DNA of 64,000 nt from Bacteroidia bacterium (GTDB lineage: Bacteria; Bacteroidota; Bacteroidia; CAILMK01; JACPUW01), in the NCBI GenBank assembly GCA_049115495.1, contig JAGDZV010000015.1, forward strand, positions 69,812 through 133,811. Reading direction: 5' to 3'. The position numbers were made by a program, and so were the translations under genes. The number at the start of each line of letters is the position of its first letter. Position 1 is the stretch's first letter. Shown here piece after piece: positions 1 through 10,194 of the stretch. Below the pieces are notes generated by a model that ran no database searches, was not told where the DNA came from, and worked only from the letters and a program-made list of their open reading frames with translations.

Positions 1-750
1 ATGGATTTAAGTAAAAGTGCCCATGTTGTAATTGGTTACAATAATATAATGGCCAAAAATCTAAGGCTAAAAGTTGAAGCTTATGCGCAAACATTATTTA
101 ATGTTCCCGTTGAAGCTAGTGGACCTTCTTCTTTCTCTTTGGTAAATACCGGGTCAGGATTCTCAAGGTTTTTTCCTGGTAAGTTAGAAAACACAGGAAC
201 AGGTTTTAACTACGGCCTTGAGTTTACATTAGAGCGATTCTTTGACAATAACTTCTTTTACATGATTACTGCCAGTTTCTATGACTCAAAATATCAAGGA
301 AGCGATGGTGTTATTAGAAATACTGACTTTAATGGTAACTACATGTTTAATGCTTTAGGAACAAAAGAATTTAAAGTGAGTAAAAATGCCATTGTGGGCA
401 TAGGACCAAAAGTTACCTACGCCGGTGGAAGACGATATGGAAACCCTGATGTGGAAGCGAGTACCGAAGCGCAAGAAATTATTTGGGAAGATGAAGGCTA
501 TAACGAGCAGCGTTTCCCTGACTATTTTAGAACTGACCTTAGAATCACTTATGTTGTAAACCGACCAAAGGTTTCTCACGAATTGGCATTTGACTTGGTA
601 AATATTTTCAATACCCGAAACATTTTAAATATAGCTTGGGCACCAGGCATAAACCCTGAAGGCATTCCTGGAATTACCACAAATCCAAACTTTGCCTTGA
701 GCTATCAAATTGGATTCTTACCTGTTTTCTATTACAAGTTTGATTTTTAG
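1..750 (+). CDS. Outer-membrane beta-barrel protein, C-terminal fragment (TonB-dependent receptor-like); 5' end lies outside the window
   Basis: ORF runs from the window edge. Alternating hydrophobic beta-strand pattern, Gly/Asn-rich turns and an aromatic C-terminus (…YYKFDF) are typical of OM barrels and TBDR C-termini. Confidence 0.45.
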   Translation: MDLSKSAHVVIGYNNIMAKNLRLKVEAYAQTLFNVPVEASGPSSFSLVNTGSGFSRFFPGKLENTGTGFNYGLEFTLERFFDNNFFYMITASFYDSKYQGSDGVIRNTDFNGNYMFNALGTKEFKVSKNAIVGIGPKVTYAGGRRYGNPDVEASTEAQEIIWEDEGYNEQRFPDYFRTDLRITYVVNRPKVSHELAFDLVNIFNTRNILNIAWAPGINPEGIPGITTNPNFALSYQIGFLPVFYYKFDF

Positions 751-797
751 GAGTAGCTAAAAATAATCGATTGCATTGTCTAAAAAGTAAGAAAACC

Positions 798-818
798 GTC
801 ATCCTGAACTTGATTCAG
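798..818. repeat. Dispersed 21-bp hairpin-forming repeat; second copy at 14473-14493
   Basis: gtcatcctgaacttgattcag occurs identically at 798-818 and 14473-14493. Copy 1 forms an 8-bp stem atcctgaa/ttcaggat; both copies are intergenic. Confidence 0.7.
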
Positions 819-943
819 GATCTGTAACAATGGAATACTACACTTACAAACAGATTCCAAAGCCCCTGAATCGCTCTGGACAAGAAGTTTGGATTGACGT
901 AAGACTTTTTAGACAGCTAAATCAGATTTAGGCCAAATGAAAA

Positions 944-1468
944 ATGGAATACCCGAATCCACTAGACCTATCACCTGAAGAAGCAACCCAAAAAATGCTT
1001 GAGTATTGTTCAACATATGGCGCCTTAAACAATACATCAGATGAGCTCATAAGCTTTTTATATAATGCAGGCTACAAATTGGTAAACACCAAGTTTGAAA
1101 ACCTTCAATTTCATTTAGAATACCTGTTTAAAGACAGAAAAAAGTACTTCAATGCTAATAGTAGCACAGGCTATTATGTTATTGATGAACTGCCCACCCT
1201 TGGGCGAGTTGAAAAACTAAGGCATTTGATAACTTACGGCAAGGCATTGCTCATGGATATTGATGTAAAACCAGTGCAATTCTTTAGAAAAGACCATTTT
1301 ATTGAGTTTAAAAACCAGGAAATCAAAGTAGTTGAATTAGGCAAAATTGGTGGTGACCGTGTGTATGAAAATCTAGAGAGTGGTCGGCTTTTTTATAATA
1401 TCAATCTGAGCCTTTATGGTGGCCATGCGTGGTATTGGCGCAACATTGAAATCAATTACAACATCTGA
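944..1468 (+). CDS. Hypothetical protein (174 aa), no recognisable motif
   Basis: Intact ORF, convergent with the Fic gene; no signal peptide seen. Confidence 0.35.
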   Translation: MEYPNPLDLSPEEATQKMLEYCSTYGALNNTSDELISFLYNAGYKLVNTKFENLQFHLEYLFKDRKKYFNANSSTGYYVIDELPTLGRVEKLRHLITYGKALLMDIDVKPVQFFRKDHFIEFKNQEIKVVELGKIGGDRVYENLESGRLFYNINLSLYGGHAWYWRNIEINYNI

Positions 1469-1607
1469 GAAAAAATTGAAGCTGCAAACTCTTTTGAAAC
1501 ACTTCATAAGGTTTTGGATGAAGCGGAGAAGAAGTTTGGATGACCAAATAACTTCCTTATTTAAGAAAATTGCAAAAAACTTAAATAGCAGCCGTCACTA
1601 TTTAAGT

Positions 1608-2735
1608 TTACTTAAATAACTCAATGTACTCTTTAAAATGGTAGATTTTATCTCGCTGTTTTTCTTTCATTTCGGCAAGTATATCCAGCTTTTTCAAATC
1701 GCTGAGCAATTTATACGTTGTAGGCAATGATTTACCAATTACCTCCGAAGCCATTTTAGCATCAATTATTGGGTTTGTATATAGGTTTTCTAAAAGTACC
1801 TGCGCATTTGCCACTCTAGATCTCATTCCCAATATTTTCTTTTCGGTTTTTTCTTTTAAAGCCAAAACTGCTTTGAAAGTTTCAACTGAACTTTTTGCGG
1901 TTTCAATAACTCCTGTTAAAAAGAATTTCAACCATTGGTTTAAATCATTCTGAGTTCGTACACGGGTTAAATTATCATAATAAAGCATTCTATTCTTCTC
2001 AAAAAAGGCGGATAAGTATAGGATTGGTTTCTGAATTATTCCTTTGCTAACCAAGTATAAGGTAATCATAAGCCGCCCTACCCTACCGTTTCCATCAAGA
2101 AAAGGGTGAATGGTTTCAAACTGATAGTGAATAAGCGCTACTTTAATTAAATCTGGCACTTTAAGCTCATGGTTATGAACAAACTTTTCTAGGTCGCTCA
2201 TAAGTTCAGCAATTGAATGATGAGCCGGCGGAATAAAAATAGCATCATTTAAAGAAGCCCCTCCAATCCAATTTTGGCTGTTTCTAAATTCACCAGGTTG
2301 CTTATGCTCTCCACGAACTCCTTGCAGCAATATTTTATGACTAAGTTTTATAAGCCTTGTACTAAATGGCAAATTGGTCAATTGCGCAATGGCTTGGTTC
2401 ATTGCTTCTATATAATTATGCACTTCTTCCCAATCATCTCTTTTCTCTTCAGCAATATTTTGCTTTTGCATTAATGCCTCTTCTACATTGGTTCTAGTAC
2501 CTTCTATTTTGCTTGATAATGTGGCCTCTTTCACAACATGCATTCTAATAAACAAATCAATGTTGGGCACATAGTCAGAATACATATCAAGCCTGCCTAT
2601 TTGCCTATCGGCTAAACTTAGCAAGCTTTGTACATCAGCATCGTCAATATTCCATTGTCTATTTATTTTCACAGGTTCAAAGCTGCTATACCCACCCGTT
2701 TGCTTTACACTTTTGCCTGATTTAAAGTGTTTCAT
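1608..2735 (-). CDS. fic: Fic family protein (class II, AMPylation/Fido fold) with C-terminal winged-helix domain
   Basis: Canonical Fic motif HPFLDGNGRVGR. An upstream SSKIEG stretch matches the [S/T]xxxE[G/N] autoinhibitory helix motif. C-terminal HTH-like tail. Confidence 0.85.
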   Translation of the reverse strand: MKHFKSGKSVKQTGGYSSFEPVKINRQWNIDDADVQSLLSLADRQIGRLDMYSDYVPNIDLFIRMHVVKEATLSSKIEGTRTNVEEALMQKQNIAEEKRDDWEEVHNYIEAMNQAIAQLTNLPFSTRLIKLSHKILLQGVRGEHKQPGEFRNSQNWIGGASLNDAIFIPPAHHSIAELMSDLEKFVHNHELKVPDLIKVALIHYQFETIHPFLDGNGRVGRLMITLYLVSKGIIQKPILYLSAFFEKNRMLYYDNLTRVRTQNDLNQWLKFFLTGVIETAKSSVETFKAVLALKEKTEKKILGMRSRVANAQVLLENLYTNPIIDAKMASEVIGKSLPTTYKLLSDLKKLDILAEMKEKQRDKIYHFKEYIELFK

Positions 2736-2868
2736 TTTCTCTGATTTTCTTAAACAAAGCTACGCCTTATTTAAGATAATCGTAAAATACTTAAATAACG
2801 ATGGTTGCTAATTAAATTTTTTAGCAAAAACTTAAAAAACAAATAGCCCTATTAAAGTTTTCTCTTCT

Positions 2869-3732
2869 TTATTTATTCTCAAAAGTTTCCAAATAAGCGA
2901 TAATGCTCCCTATATCTTCTGGCAAAAGAATCTGACCCCAAGCAGCCATTCCTTTTTTAGGATTTCCCTTTACAATTTTAGTTGCCAAGTATTCTTTAGT
3001 TGCGCTTGTGGCATATTTCTTATTCTCTAGGTCAATGGCCACACCGCCACCTGTTGCATGGCAAACCCTACAATTTGCTTTAAAAGTTTTTTCACCTTTT
3101 TCAAGGGTTTCTGCATCAGTCAAATTTGCGGTCTGCATTAAAACACTATTTGGCCCAGTCATTTCCTCAAATTCCTTTTGCTCAGCATCAAGTGCAATTG
3201 AGTCTTTGGTGCGCTTAAATTTGCTTTTTGGTGTATTATGAATAAAACTCAATAATGCAATAAACTCAGTTGTATAACCACCTTCAAACCCATAATTACT
3301 CAATTCATTTAAAATTCCATTTGCCTCAATTGTAAGTTCATTCCATTCAGATTCCGAGTTAGGTCTATTTTCATCTTCAAGTATTTTCTCAAAAGTCTCC
3401 TTCTCTATCAAGTTTGTTAGTAAATGTTCGTACGATTTCTTTTTTGATGAATAGATGATAGACTGTGGGTCTAATAAATAATGAGTGGTATAACTTACTG
3501 AATGTTCTTGTCCGTAGCCATCAAGGCTTATTAGTTTTTTACTAGCGCTTTCTTCATTAAACGTATGACACTTATAACACTTCTGTTTGTTGTAAATATG
3601 CTTTCCGTAAACCGCTAATGGTGTTTTTGGCTTTGGAAGTTCTCCAGAATTTACACAAGAAACAATCAACCCAACAATTGCCAGCAGCCCTAATCTTAAT
3701 ACCATATTATTTGCTACGAATTGAATTTTCAT
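2869..3732 (-). CDS. Di-haem c-type cytochrome lipoprotein
   Basis: Signal peptide plus Cys (LIVSCVNSG). Two CxxCH haem-binding motifs (CYKCH and CRVCH). Confidence 0.7.
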   Translation of the reverse strand: MKIQFVANNMVLRLGLLAIVGLIVSCVNSGELPKPKTPLAVYGKHIYNKQKCYKCHTFNEESASKKLISLDGYGQEHSVSYTTHYLLDPQSIIYSSKKKSYEHLLTNLIEKETFEKILEDENRPNSESEWNELTIEANGILNELSNYGFEGGYTTEFIALLSFIHNTPKSKFKRTKDSIALDAEQKEFEEMTGPNSVLMQTANLTDAETLEKGEKTFKANCRVCHATGGGVAIDLENKKYATSATKEYLATKIVKGNPKKGMAAWGQILLPEDIGSIIAYLETFENK

Positions 3733-3797
3733 GTAAGCGAATGTATTTAAATTGGCTTAAACCCGTCAGGTTTTCGAAACATGGATGGATGGTATTT

Positions 3798-4532
3798 TTA
3801 AATCGTAAAAACAAACCCCACCGTTGGCGAAACCAATAGCACGCCCCCCTCTTGAATAAATGAGTTCTTTGTACTATAAACTCTATGGGTTTCAAAACGT
3901 AAAAATTGAACATCAATAAAAAACCCGTCATTGGTCTTGTACATCTGTTTAAACCTTAAAGCAAAGCCATAATGGTATTTCCATTTACTGTATTCTGAGT
4001 ATCCATATTCTAGTTTTTTAACGTCGTAAAATGGCCCACTTCCTACAAAAACACCTTCTTTATCTTTTAAACCTAAGTACGAAACATCGGTTGCCGAAAT
4101 AAAACCATATCCAAAAAGCGGTCCTACTTCAAAGTGATTTATTCCTTTTTGGAGAAAAGTATAATAGAAACCAGTTTGTAAATAATAATGCCTCACAGCA
4201 CCATTAAGGTTTTGATCGCCAACTTTATAGCCATCAGAATTCACATAATTCTCAAAATTGCCCACATCATAGCGATAAGAGTTGTTACCAAGCTTAAAGG
4301 CAAAATTCCATTTGGGGTGAAAATGAAACTCAATATTCGGCAGGGTGGTAGCAGCTCCTGTTAAATAGCCTTGACCAAGCGGGCCTTCTCCCTTTTCACC
4401 AAAAGTGGGTATTGATAGTCCACCGCCAATACTGGTGTACCAACCTTTTGGATAGCTGAACTCCAGATTTTGACCATTTATTGCACAAAAATTTAGACAA
4501 CTAATCAGCAGCGTAAATAACCATACCTTCAT
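3798..4532 (-). CDS. Hypothetical secreted protein (possible OM beta-barrel)
   Basis: N-terminal signal peptide; Tyr/Gly-rich amphipathic strands. Confidence 0.4.
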   Translation of the reverse strand: MKVWLFTLLISCLNFCAINGQNLEFSYPKGWYTSIGGGLSIPTFGEKGEGPLGQGYLTGAATTLPNIEFHFHPKWNFAFKLGNNSYRYDVGNFENYVNSDGYKVGDQNLNGAVRHYYLQTGFYYTFLQKGINHFEVGPLFGYGFISATDVSYLGLKDKEGVFVGSGPFYDVKKLEYGYSEYSKWKYHYGFALRFKQMYKTNDGFFIDVQFLRFETHRVYSTKNSFIQEGGVLLVSPTVGFVFTI

Positions 4533-5091
4533 GTAATTCTAATTTTTTTAATCCTTTCTCGTAGCTGTAGTCAACAGATTTTACTTTGTTTCTATTTATC
4601 TCGGATGTAACCTTCTCCTCTATACTGTTGTAATCCTGTTGAACATAAAAGTTTTCAAAGACTTTAATTTCATCATTATTTGAAGGGGTACCTATTGTTA
4701 ATTTAACTTTATTGCCAACCCTAAGGTGTTCTGCATCATAATAGTGGTAGGGGCAATAATGAAACTGCATTATAGCATCGGAAATTGAATCAATTAAAGT
4801 GTAGGTTTTCACTTTTGTAAAAGATTCACAAGTTTCCAAATCTGGCAAATCATAAAAATTGCATTCTACTTTATAGGTCGCAGATATAAAGTAACTGTCT
4901 GTTAAATAGGCTTCAAAATCAATTAATATTGAATCTCCACCTTGCTTAAACCAATATTTGGTTGGCATTGAATCTATTGGTAACTCCAAGTTGTTTTCCA
5001 AAATTCCAGTTTCATCAGGGCAGCACCTATTGGTACAAGATTGCATCAGTGCAAAACCAAAAAGTGAAAGAATTAAGCAAATGCTTTTCAT
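4501..5091 (-). CDS. Hypothetical lipoprotein
   Basis: Signal peptide followed by Cys (LMQSCTN); overlaps the downstream gene by 32 nt (same strand). Confidence 0.4.
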   Translation of the reverse strand: MKSICLILSLFGFALMQSCTNRCCPDETGILENNLELPIDSMPTKYWFKQGGDSILIDFEAYLTDSYFISATYKVECNFYDLPDLETCESFTKVKTYTLIDSISDAIMQFHYCPYHYYDAEHLRVGNKVKLTIGTPSNNDEIKVFENFYVQQDYNSIEEKVTSEINRNKVKSVDYSYEKGLKKLELHEGMVIYAAD

Positions 5092-5208
5092 AGAACTATT
5101 TGATCGTAAGCAAGTTTACAAAATCTCAACTTAAAATGGCAAAGCATATTAGTTGGAAGCCATGTAATAATAGACTTCTCGCTCGCTCGAAGTGACAGTA
5201 TTGTGATT

Positions 5209-5241
5209 AGACCCGTCAGGTTTTGAAAACCTGACGGGTCT
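5209..5241. repeat. 33-bp perfect palindrome in a divergent promoter region; partial (half-site) copy at 3760-3780
   Basis: agacccgtcaggtttt-g-aaaacctgacgggtct; 3760-3780 reads aacccgtcaggttttcgaaac (shares acccgtcaggtttt). Confidence 0.7.
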
Positions 5242-5295
5242 GCTGAATAGTTTTAACCACAACATCGGCAGAGTTTTATTTCACTAAGCCATTTA

Positions 5296-5838
5296 ATGCG
5301 CCATTACTTTGCACTCTTAATGAAGCGCCTAGTATCATATCTAGTGTTAAGCCTAATGGCTTTGTCGGTTTACGGGCAAACCGATACATCCATTATTGTT
5401 TTGAAAAGCCGAATTGGAAAACGAAATGATACCATTGTGGTGCAAGATCATTTAAGGCTTCATACCAAAGATGGCAATACGGTAATTGGGCCTTTTGTTA
5501 AATTTAAAGATGGCCACATTTACACCAAGAAGGATACAGTAAACACCAAAAAGATTGAATACATCTCGGTAAACTCATATCACCGACAAAAAGTGAGTAG
5601 TATATATATGGCGGCGGGTATTTCGGGCATTCTAAACCTGGGTGGTATTAATTCAGCCTTTAGCACACCAAAAGCCGATACACTTACCACTAGCGAAACT
5701 GATGCTTTAAGTGCTGGGCTTGCGGCTGGATATACCATAATGGCTGGTACACTCATTTACGGCATTGTGCTTTATAATGCGTACTACCGTTATACGATTT
5801 ATGGCAGAAAAACAGCTTGGGATTTGGTGTTGGATTAA
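5296..5838 (+). CDS. Hypothetical secreted/membrane-anchored protein
   Basis: N-terminal signal peptide; hydrophobic C-terminal segment. Confidence 0.35.
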   Translation: MRHYFALLMKRLVSYLVLSLMALSVYGQTDTSIIVLKSRIGKRNDTIVVQDHLRLHTKDGNTVIGPFVKFKDGHIYTKKDTVNTKKIEYISVNSYHRQKVSSIYMAAGISGILNLGGINSAFSTPKADTLTTSETDALSAGLAAGYTIMAGTLIYGIVLYNAYYRYTIYGRKTAWDLVLD

Positions 5839-5841
5839 GTT

Positions 5842-6093
5842 TTACCACCCAAACATGAAAAAGTAAATTGCAAAAAACAAAGCCGAAACAATTAAAAAGA
5901 TTTTCCAACGGCTAAAAGGCAAATCACTTACACTACGGTACTCGCTAGTAAGTTTCCTTTTTTCAAGATATTCTTTTGGTAATTCTCTCAATGTTAAAGA
6001 ATCCCTGTCTCTTTCAAATCTTCCTTGCGTTACTTCCTTAATTGTTCTTCGATTTGCGGCATTTCTTAAATGACCGTCTGATACTGCTCCCAT
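5842..6093 (-). CDS. Small hypothetical protein with C-terminal transmembrane helix
   Basis: 83-aa ORF; charged N-terminal region and a single C-terminal TM helix. Confidence 0.25.
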   Translation of the reverse strand: MGAVSDGHLRNAANRRTIKEVTQGRFERDRDSLTLRELPKEYLEKRKLTSEYRSVSDLPFSRWKIFLIVSALFFAIYFFMFGW

Positions 6094-6215
6094 GGTGGTT
6101 ATGATTTATTGGTTTGTTGTGTTAAGATTTAAAACTAGTCACTACTCCATCAACATCAAAGCAAGGTTACATTAGCGGTTTTTAGCTACTGATAAAATAC
6201 CTTTAGCGTGTTTTA

Positions 6216-7406
6216 ATGAAAATACTATTCACTACTCTTTTTACTTTTTTATTGCTGCATCCATTATTTGGTCAGCTTAAGGTCAATTATGTAGATTCTG
6301 CCGAAACGGTAGTAACTGATGTATTGCTTTCTAAAAATGCGGGTATAGAACTACTATTCACCAAATACATGGGATCTCAAGCAGCTATTGGCACTTTTAG
6401 TAGCCATATGGTTTACAATGAGTTTATTGATTCGGGAATTGTGCTTTCAACAGGTAAGGTAGTAGATGCCATTGGGCCGAACCTAAATGGTGGACATAGC
6501 GGTAAAAACCAAGAATCAGGGGTTGGCTTTTTATCACAACTAGCAGGCAGCAAAACCCTCGATGCAGCGGTTTTGGCTTTTGATTTTATACCAAGTACCG
6601 ATAGTTTTTGCTTCAAATACATTTTCGCATCTGAAGAGTATCCAGAATATGTAAACCGGGGCGTAAACGATGTTTTTGCTTTTGTGCTTATTGATATGGA
6701 AAACGGCCAGAAGAAGAATATTGCCACATTGCCAGATGGTAAAACGCCAATTTGTGTAGATGAAATAAACCACCTTAAAAACAAGGAATACTTTTTTCTA
6801 AATGGTATTTGGGAACCTGAAAACACAGCCAAATGGCGTAATGACTCTACTAAAGGCGAGGCAGCACTTATGGTTCAATTCGATGGTTTTACCACTATTT
6901 TAAACGCAGGCACTAGGGTACAACCGGGTAAAAAATACCGGTTGATATTAGCTATTAGCGATGTAGGTGATGATGTTTATGATTCAGCCATTTTCTTAAA
7001 GGCCAATAGTTTTAAATCTGAAGAAAGCAATCAAATTAAAAATTTGCTTACAAACCTAAAAGTTGACGATGATGGTAGCTTTTCAGGGGCCAAGCAATTG
7101 AATTTCGAGTTTGGATTGGCAAAGCTTGCTGATGAGGATTCATATAGGTTTCTTGATACATTGGCCATGGCAATAGAAAAGTATAAACCCAAGCAAATTG
7201 AAGTGATAGGCCATACAGATAATGTTGGTTCGGAGAAAGATAATCTAGCGCTTTCTGAAAAAAGGGCCAATCACATTAAAGACTATTTAATTAACCAAGG
7301 AGTTGAATACAAGCTAATTTCAGCAAAAGGAAAAGGAGAATCAGAACCCATTGATCCAGAAAAACCTGAATTAAATAGACGGGTTGAGTTTGTGTTTAGG
7401 TTTTAG
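6216..7406 (+). CDS. OmpA-family protein (secreted N-terminal domain plus C-terminal OmpA/MotB peptidoglycan-binding domain)
   Basis: Signal peptide. C-terminal OmpA-like motifs: IEVIGHTDNVGSEKDNLALSEKRANHIKDYL…NRRVEFVF. Confidence 0.8.
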   Translation: MKILFTTLFTFLLLHPLFGQLKVNYVDSAETVVTDVLLSKNAGIELLFTKYMGSQAAIGTFSSHMVYNEFIDSGIVLSTGKVVDAIGPNLNGGHSGKNQESGVGFLSQLAGSKTLDAAVLAFDFIPSTDSFCFKYIFASEEYPEYVNRGVNDVFAFVLIDMENGQKKNIATLPDGKTPICVDEINHLKNKEYFFLNGIWEPENTAKWRNDSTKGEAALMVQFDGFTTILNAGTRVQPGKKYRLILAISDVGDDVYDSAIFLKANSFKSEESNQIKNLLTNLKVDDDGSFSGAKQLNFEFGLAKLADEDSYRFLDTLAMAIEKYKPKQIEVIGHTDNVGSEKDNLALSEKRANHIKDYLINQGVEYKLISAKGKGESEPIDPEKPELNRRVEFVFRF

Positions 7407-7481
7407 AAAGTCTAGCTATCAATTCAAACTTAATTTGACAAGAAACTCGTTATCCAAAAGCCATTTAACTCCTTCAAACAG

Positions 7482-7550
7482 GAACTCAGTCGCTTTTTGA
7501 AGCGACTAAAAAGAGCAAGTTTACTGAGTTCTAGAGTTTTTGCTTCGTTT
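7482..7550 (+). terminator. Putative rho-independent terminator downstream of the OmpA-family gene
   Basis: Nested hairpin: outer stem gaactcag/ctgagttc encloses inner stem agtcgctt/aagcgact, followed by a T-rich tract (tagagtttttgcttcgtttt). Confidence 0.4.
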
Positions 7551-7862
7551 TGGGGCAATGCCAAATGCAAAGCATTCATGAATACCCAAAAAGGCAATTA
7601 GTTAATGAATAAAATGAAGAGCCCGAGCGGCTTGAGCGGAAATCAACAAAACCTGGATTGATATTTCATATAACGGTTTCATTCATTTGGAAAGCCAATT
7701 TTATCTATCTCAAGTTAAAATTTATTTCTCCTTCAAAGCCTTTCTCATCTTATATCTTCTATATCGAATTGCTATTAAGTAGCTAGTTAATAAAAAGAAG
7801 ATTACTAAAAATGGGAGTAGGGTTTTCATAGCTTAATTCACTTCTCTCCAAAAAAAGAAAAG

Positions 7863-7945
7863 TGCCCGGAGCGGGACTTGAACCCGCACGTCCGTAGGAC
7901 ACATGTCCCTCAAACATGCCTGTCTACCAATTTCAGCACCCGGGC
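7863..7945 (-). tRNA. tRNA-Leu (anticodon GAG), type II tRNA with long variable arm; CCA not encoded
   Basis: Manual fold of the reverse complement: 7-bp acceptor stem GCCCGGG/TCCGGGC, U8, D-loop with GG, anticodon stem CATGT/ACATG with loop TTGAGGG (U33, anticodon GAG, G37), 13-nt variable arm with stem GTCC/GGAC, T-arm GCGGG-TTCAAGT-CCCGC, discriminator A, followed by a T-run. Confidence 0.85.
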
Positions 7946-8150
7946 GATACTGTCGGCTTTAACAACGGCGCAAATATAAACACTCACTAATCGTAGCAAT
8001 CAATTCAATGGAGTATTGTTTATTAAAAGCCTCAATAGGCGTGGACATGTTTTCACCGAAGCTTAATCTATATTAAAGGTGAATAACATTATTTTATCGA
8101 CAAACAGTTGATATTTGATGTTGTAACGGACTAATCTAAAGTTTAGAACC

Positions 8151-9944
8151 ATGAAACTAGCTACAAAGTACAATCCAAACGATTTTATATTATCGAGTCT
8201 GTTCATTGCTCTTTTGGTAACTGCCGGAGTTTTGGGTCTTTATGCGCCTGAAGCTATCTCGGTATCAATTTTTGCCCTGGTATTTGTAGGTCTAATTGCC
8301 TTTAAGGCTCAAAAAGAGAATAAAGCGCTAAATACTAAAGTAAGAACATTACTTACTGATAAAAAACAAGCAGATAATGCCAATGCTGCAAAATCTGCTT
8401 TTTTGGCTAACATGAGCCACGAGATTAGAACTCCTATGAATGGTATTATGGGTATGAGTTCGCTTTTGCAAAACACAGATTTAAACGGAGAGCAACAAGA
8501 ATATGTTAACATAATTAAGAACAGTACAGATAACCTATTACTTGTAGTTAACGAAATTCTAGACTTCTCAAAAATTGAAGCTGGTAAAATTGAGCTTGAA
8601 GAGCATAGTTATAAACTAAGGCTGGTAATTGAAGAAGTACTTGATTTATTGGCGGTTAATGCTGAAGGAAAAGCCTTAGACCTTTTGTATGACTATGATG
8701 TTTCTATACCTAATTATTTAATGTTTGACTCAACCCGTGTAAGACAAATACTTATAAATTTGGTAGGTAACGCTATAAAGTTTACCGATGTTGGTGCTAT
8801 ACAGGTAGTGGTAAAAAGAATAGCTACGAAAAACAACAAGATTACCCTTGGCTTTAATGTGATTGACACTGGTATTGGAATGTCTCAAGAGCAGGCCAGC
8901 AAATTATTTAAACCGTTTTCTCAGGCCGATAAAGCTACACATAGAAAATACGGGGGTACAGGCCTTGGCTTATCAATTAGTAAAAAGCTTGTAGAAATTA
9001 TGGGCGGAGAAATTGGTGTTGACAGTACCCCAGGAATGGGCTCCGATTTCCATTTTACATTAGAGCTTGAGGTAGATCAAAAATCACTTCACTCTGATGA
9101 GGATAAACAAGTAAAGCTACTACAAGGTAAAAACGTACTGTTGGTAGATGATAATGTTCCTAACTTAAAATTACTTGAAAAACTATGCCAAAACTGGGGA
9201 ATGAACGTGATTAAAACTACGCATCCAGAACTTGTTACTGATATTCTTGATGAAATTAACACCCCTATTGATATTGCCATTTTAGATTATAATATGCCAG
9301 GAATGAATGGCGTTGAATTAAAGGCTAGAATTGAAAAGCATAAAAAAATGACCAAGGCCAAATTTGTAATTGCAACATCGGCCGATGATAAGAGCCGGGC
9401 CAAAGAAGGCAACTTTGATGCCTACCACTCAAAGCCTATAAAACACCTAGTACTGCAAAACAGCTTAATTAATCTATATCAGAGTGTAAACTCAAGCATA
9501 AGTAAAACCGTAAAAAGCAATTTAGACAGCGGCATGGCCAATAAATACCCACTTAAAATAATGGTGGTTGACGACAACGCCATTAACCTGAAACTGGCAA
9601 AACGAGTACTTGAGAAACTTGGTTACCAAGCAGAGTTAGCCAACAACGGGCACGATGCCATTGAAAAGCACAAAGAAGAAGTTTTTGATCTTATTTTTAT
9701 GGATGTGCAGATGCCGGGCATAGATGGTCTTGAGACTACCAGCATAATTAAAAATGAATTAGAACTTCAAAAAAATGCACATATAGTGGCCTGCACGGCA
9801 AATGTTGTTCAAAGCCAAGTTAGCAGCTATTTACAAGCGGGTATGGACTCATTTGTAGGAAAACCCCTAAAAATTAAAGAAGTAACAGACCTTATAAAAT
9901 CTGTTTACGAAAAGCAAAGTGCCGAAGTAGCAAAATTGAATTAA
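8151..9944 (+). CDS. Hybrid sensor histidine kinase/response regulator (2 TM helices, HisKA, HATPase, two receiver domains)
   Basis: H-box [11 protein letters not shown]. HATPase N/G boxes ([22 protein letters not shown]). Two REC domains ([12 protein letters not shown]…DYNMPGMNG and [22 protein letters not shown]…[10 protein letters not shown]). Confidence 0.85.
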   Translation: MKLATKYNPNDFILSSLFIALLVTAGVLGLYAPEAISVSIFALVFVGLIAFKAQKENKALNTKVRTLLTDKKQADNANAAKSAFLANMSHEIRTPMNGIMGMSSLLQNTDLNGEQQEYVNIIKNSTDNLLLVVNEILDFSKIEAGKIELEEHSYKLRLVIEEVLDLLAVNAEGKALDLLYDYDVSIPNYLMFDSTRVRQILINLVGNAIKFTDVGAIQVVVKRIATKNNKITLGFNVIDTGIGMSQEQASKLFKPFSQADKATHRKYGGTGLGLSISKKLVEIMGGEIGVDSTPGMGSDFHFTLELEVDQKSLHSDEDKQVKLLQGKNVLLVDDNVPNLKLLEKLCQNWGMNVIKTTHPELVTDILDEINTPIDIAILDYNMPGMNGVELKARIEKHKKMTKAKFVIATSADDKSRAKEGNFDAYHSKPIKHLVLQNSLINLYQSVNSSISKTVKSNLDSGMANKYPLKIMVVDDNAINLKLAKRVLEKLGYQAELANNGHDAIEKHKEEVFDLIFMDVQMPGIDGLETTSIIKNELELQKNAHIVACTANVVQSQVSSYLQAGMDSFVGKPLKIKEVTDLIKSVYEKQSAEVAKLN

Positions 9945-10194
9945 AAACATACATATACTCTAGTTAACCCTAATAGTCCATTGTTTTTGGCAGTGGGCTA
10001 TTTTTTTGCGCCAATAAAAAGAAAGATAGCAAATTGACAAAGCTGATTTGAAACACTTTTAGCCTTTAAGGGTGCATGCACATTAAAAATATGAAGGCCG
10101 CAACATGGCTTTAACTTATAAAACTAAGTACAAAAGCCAATTTTCTAAGAACTAAAAGGACTTTTCAAACGTAATTTGCACTGTATAAGAGTCT

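Noticed and set aside
1416-1619. 67-aa ORF overlapping the 3' end of the 174-aa hypothetical gene
   Set aside because: Basic low-complexity translation; overlaps an upstream ORF; probably spurious.
6413-6832. Antisense ORFs inside the OmpA-family gene (139 aa and 77 aa)
   Set aside because: Fully embedded antisense to a well-supported CDS; low-complexity translation; typical spurious ORFs of AT-rich DNA.
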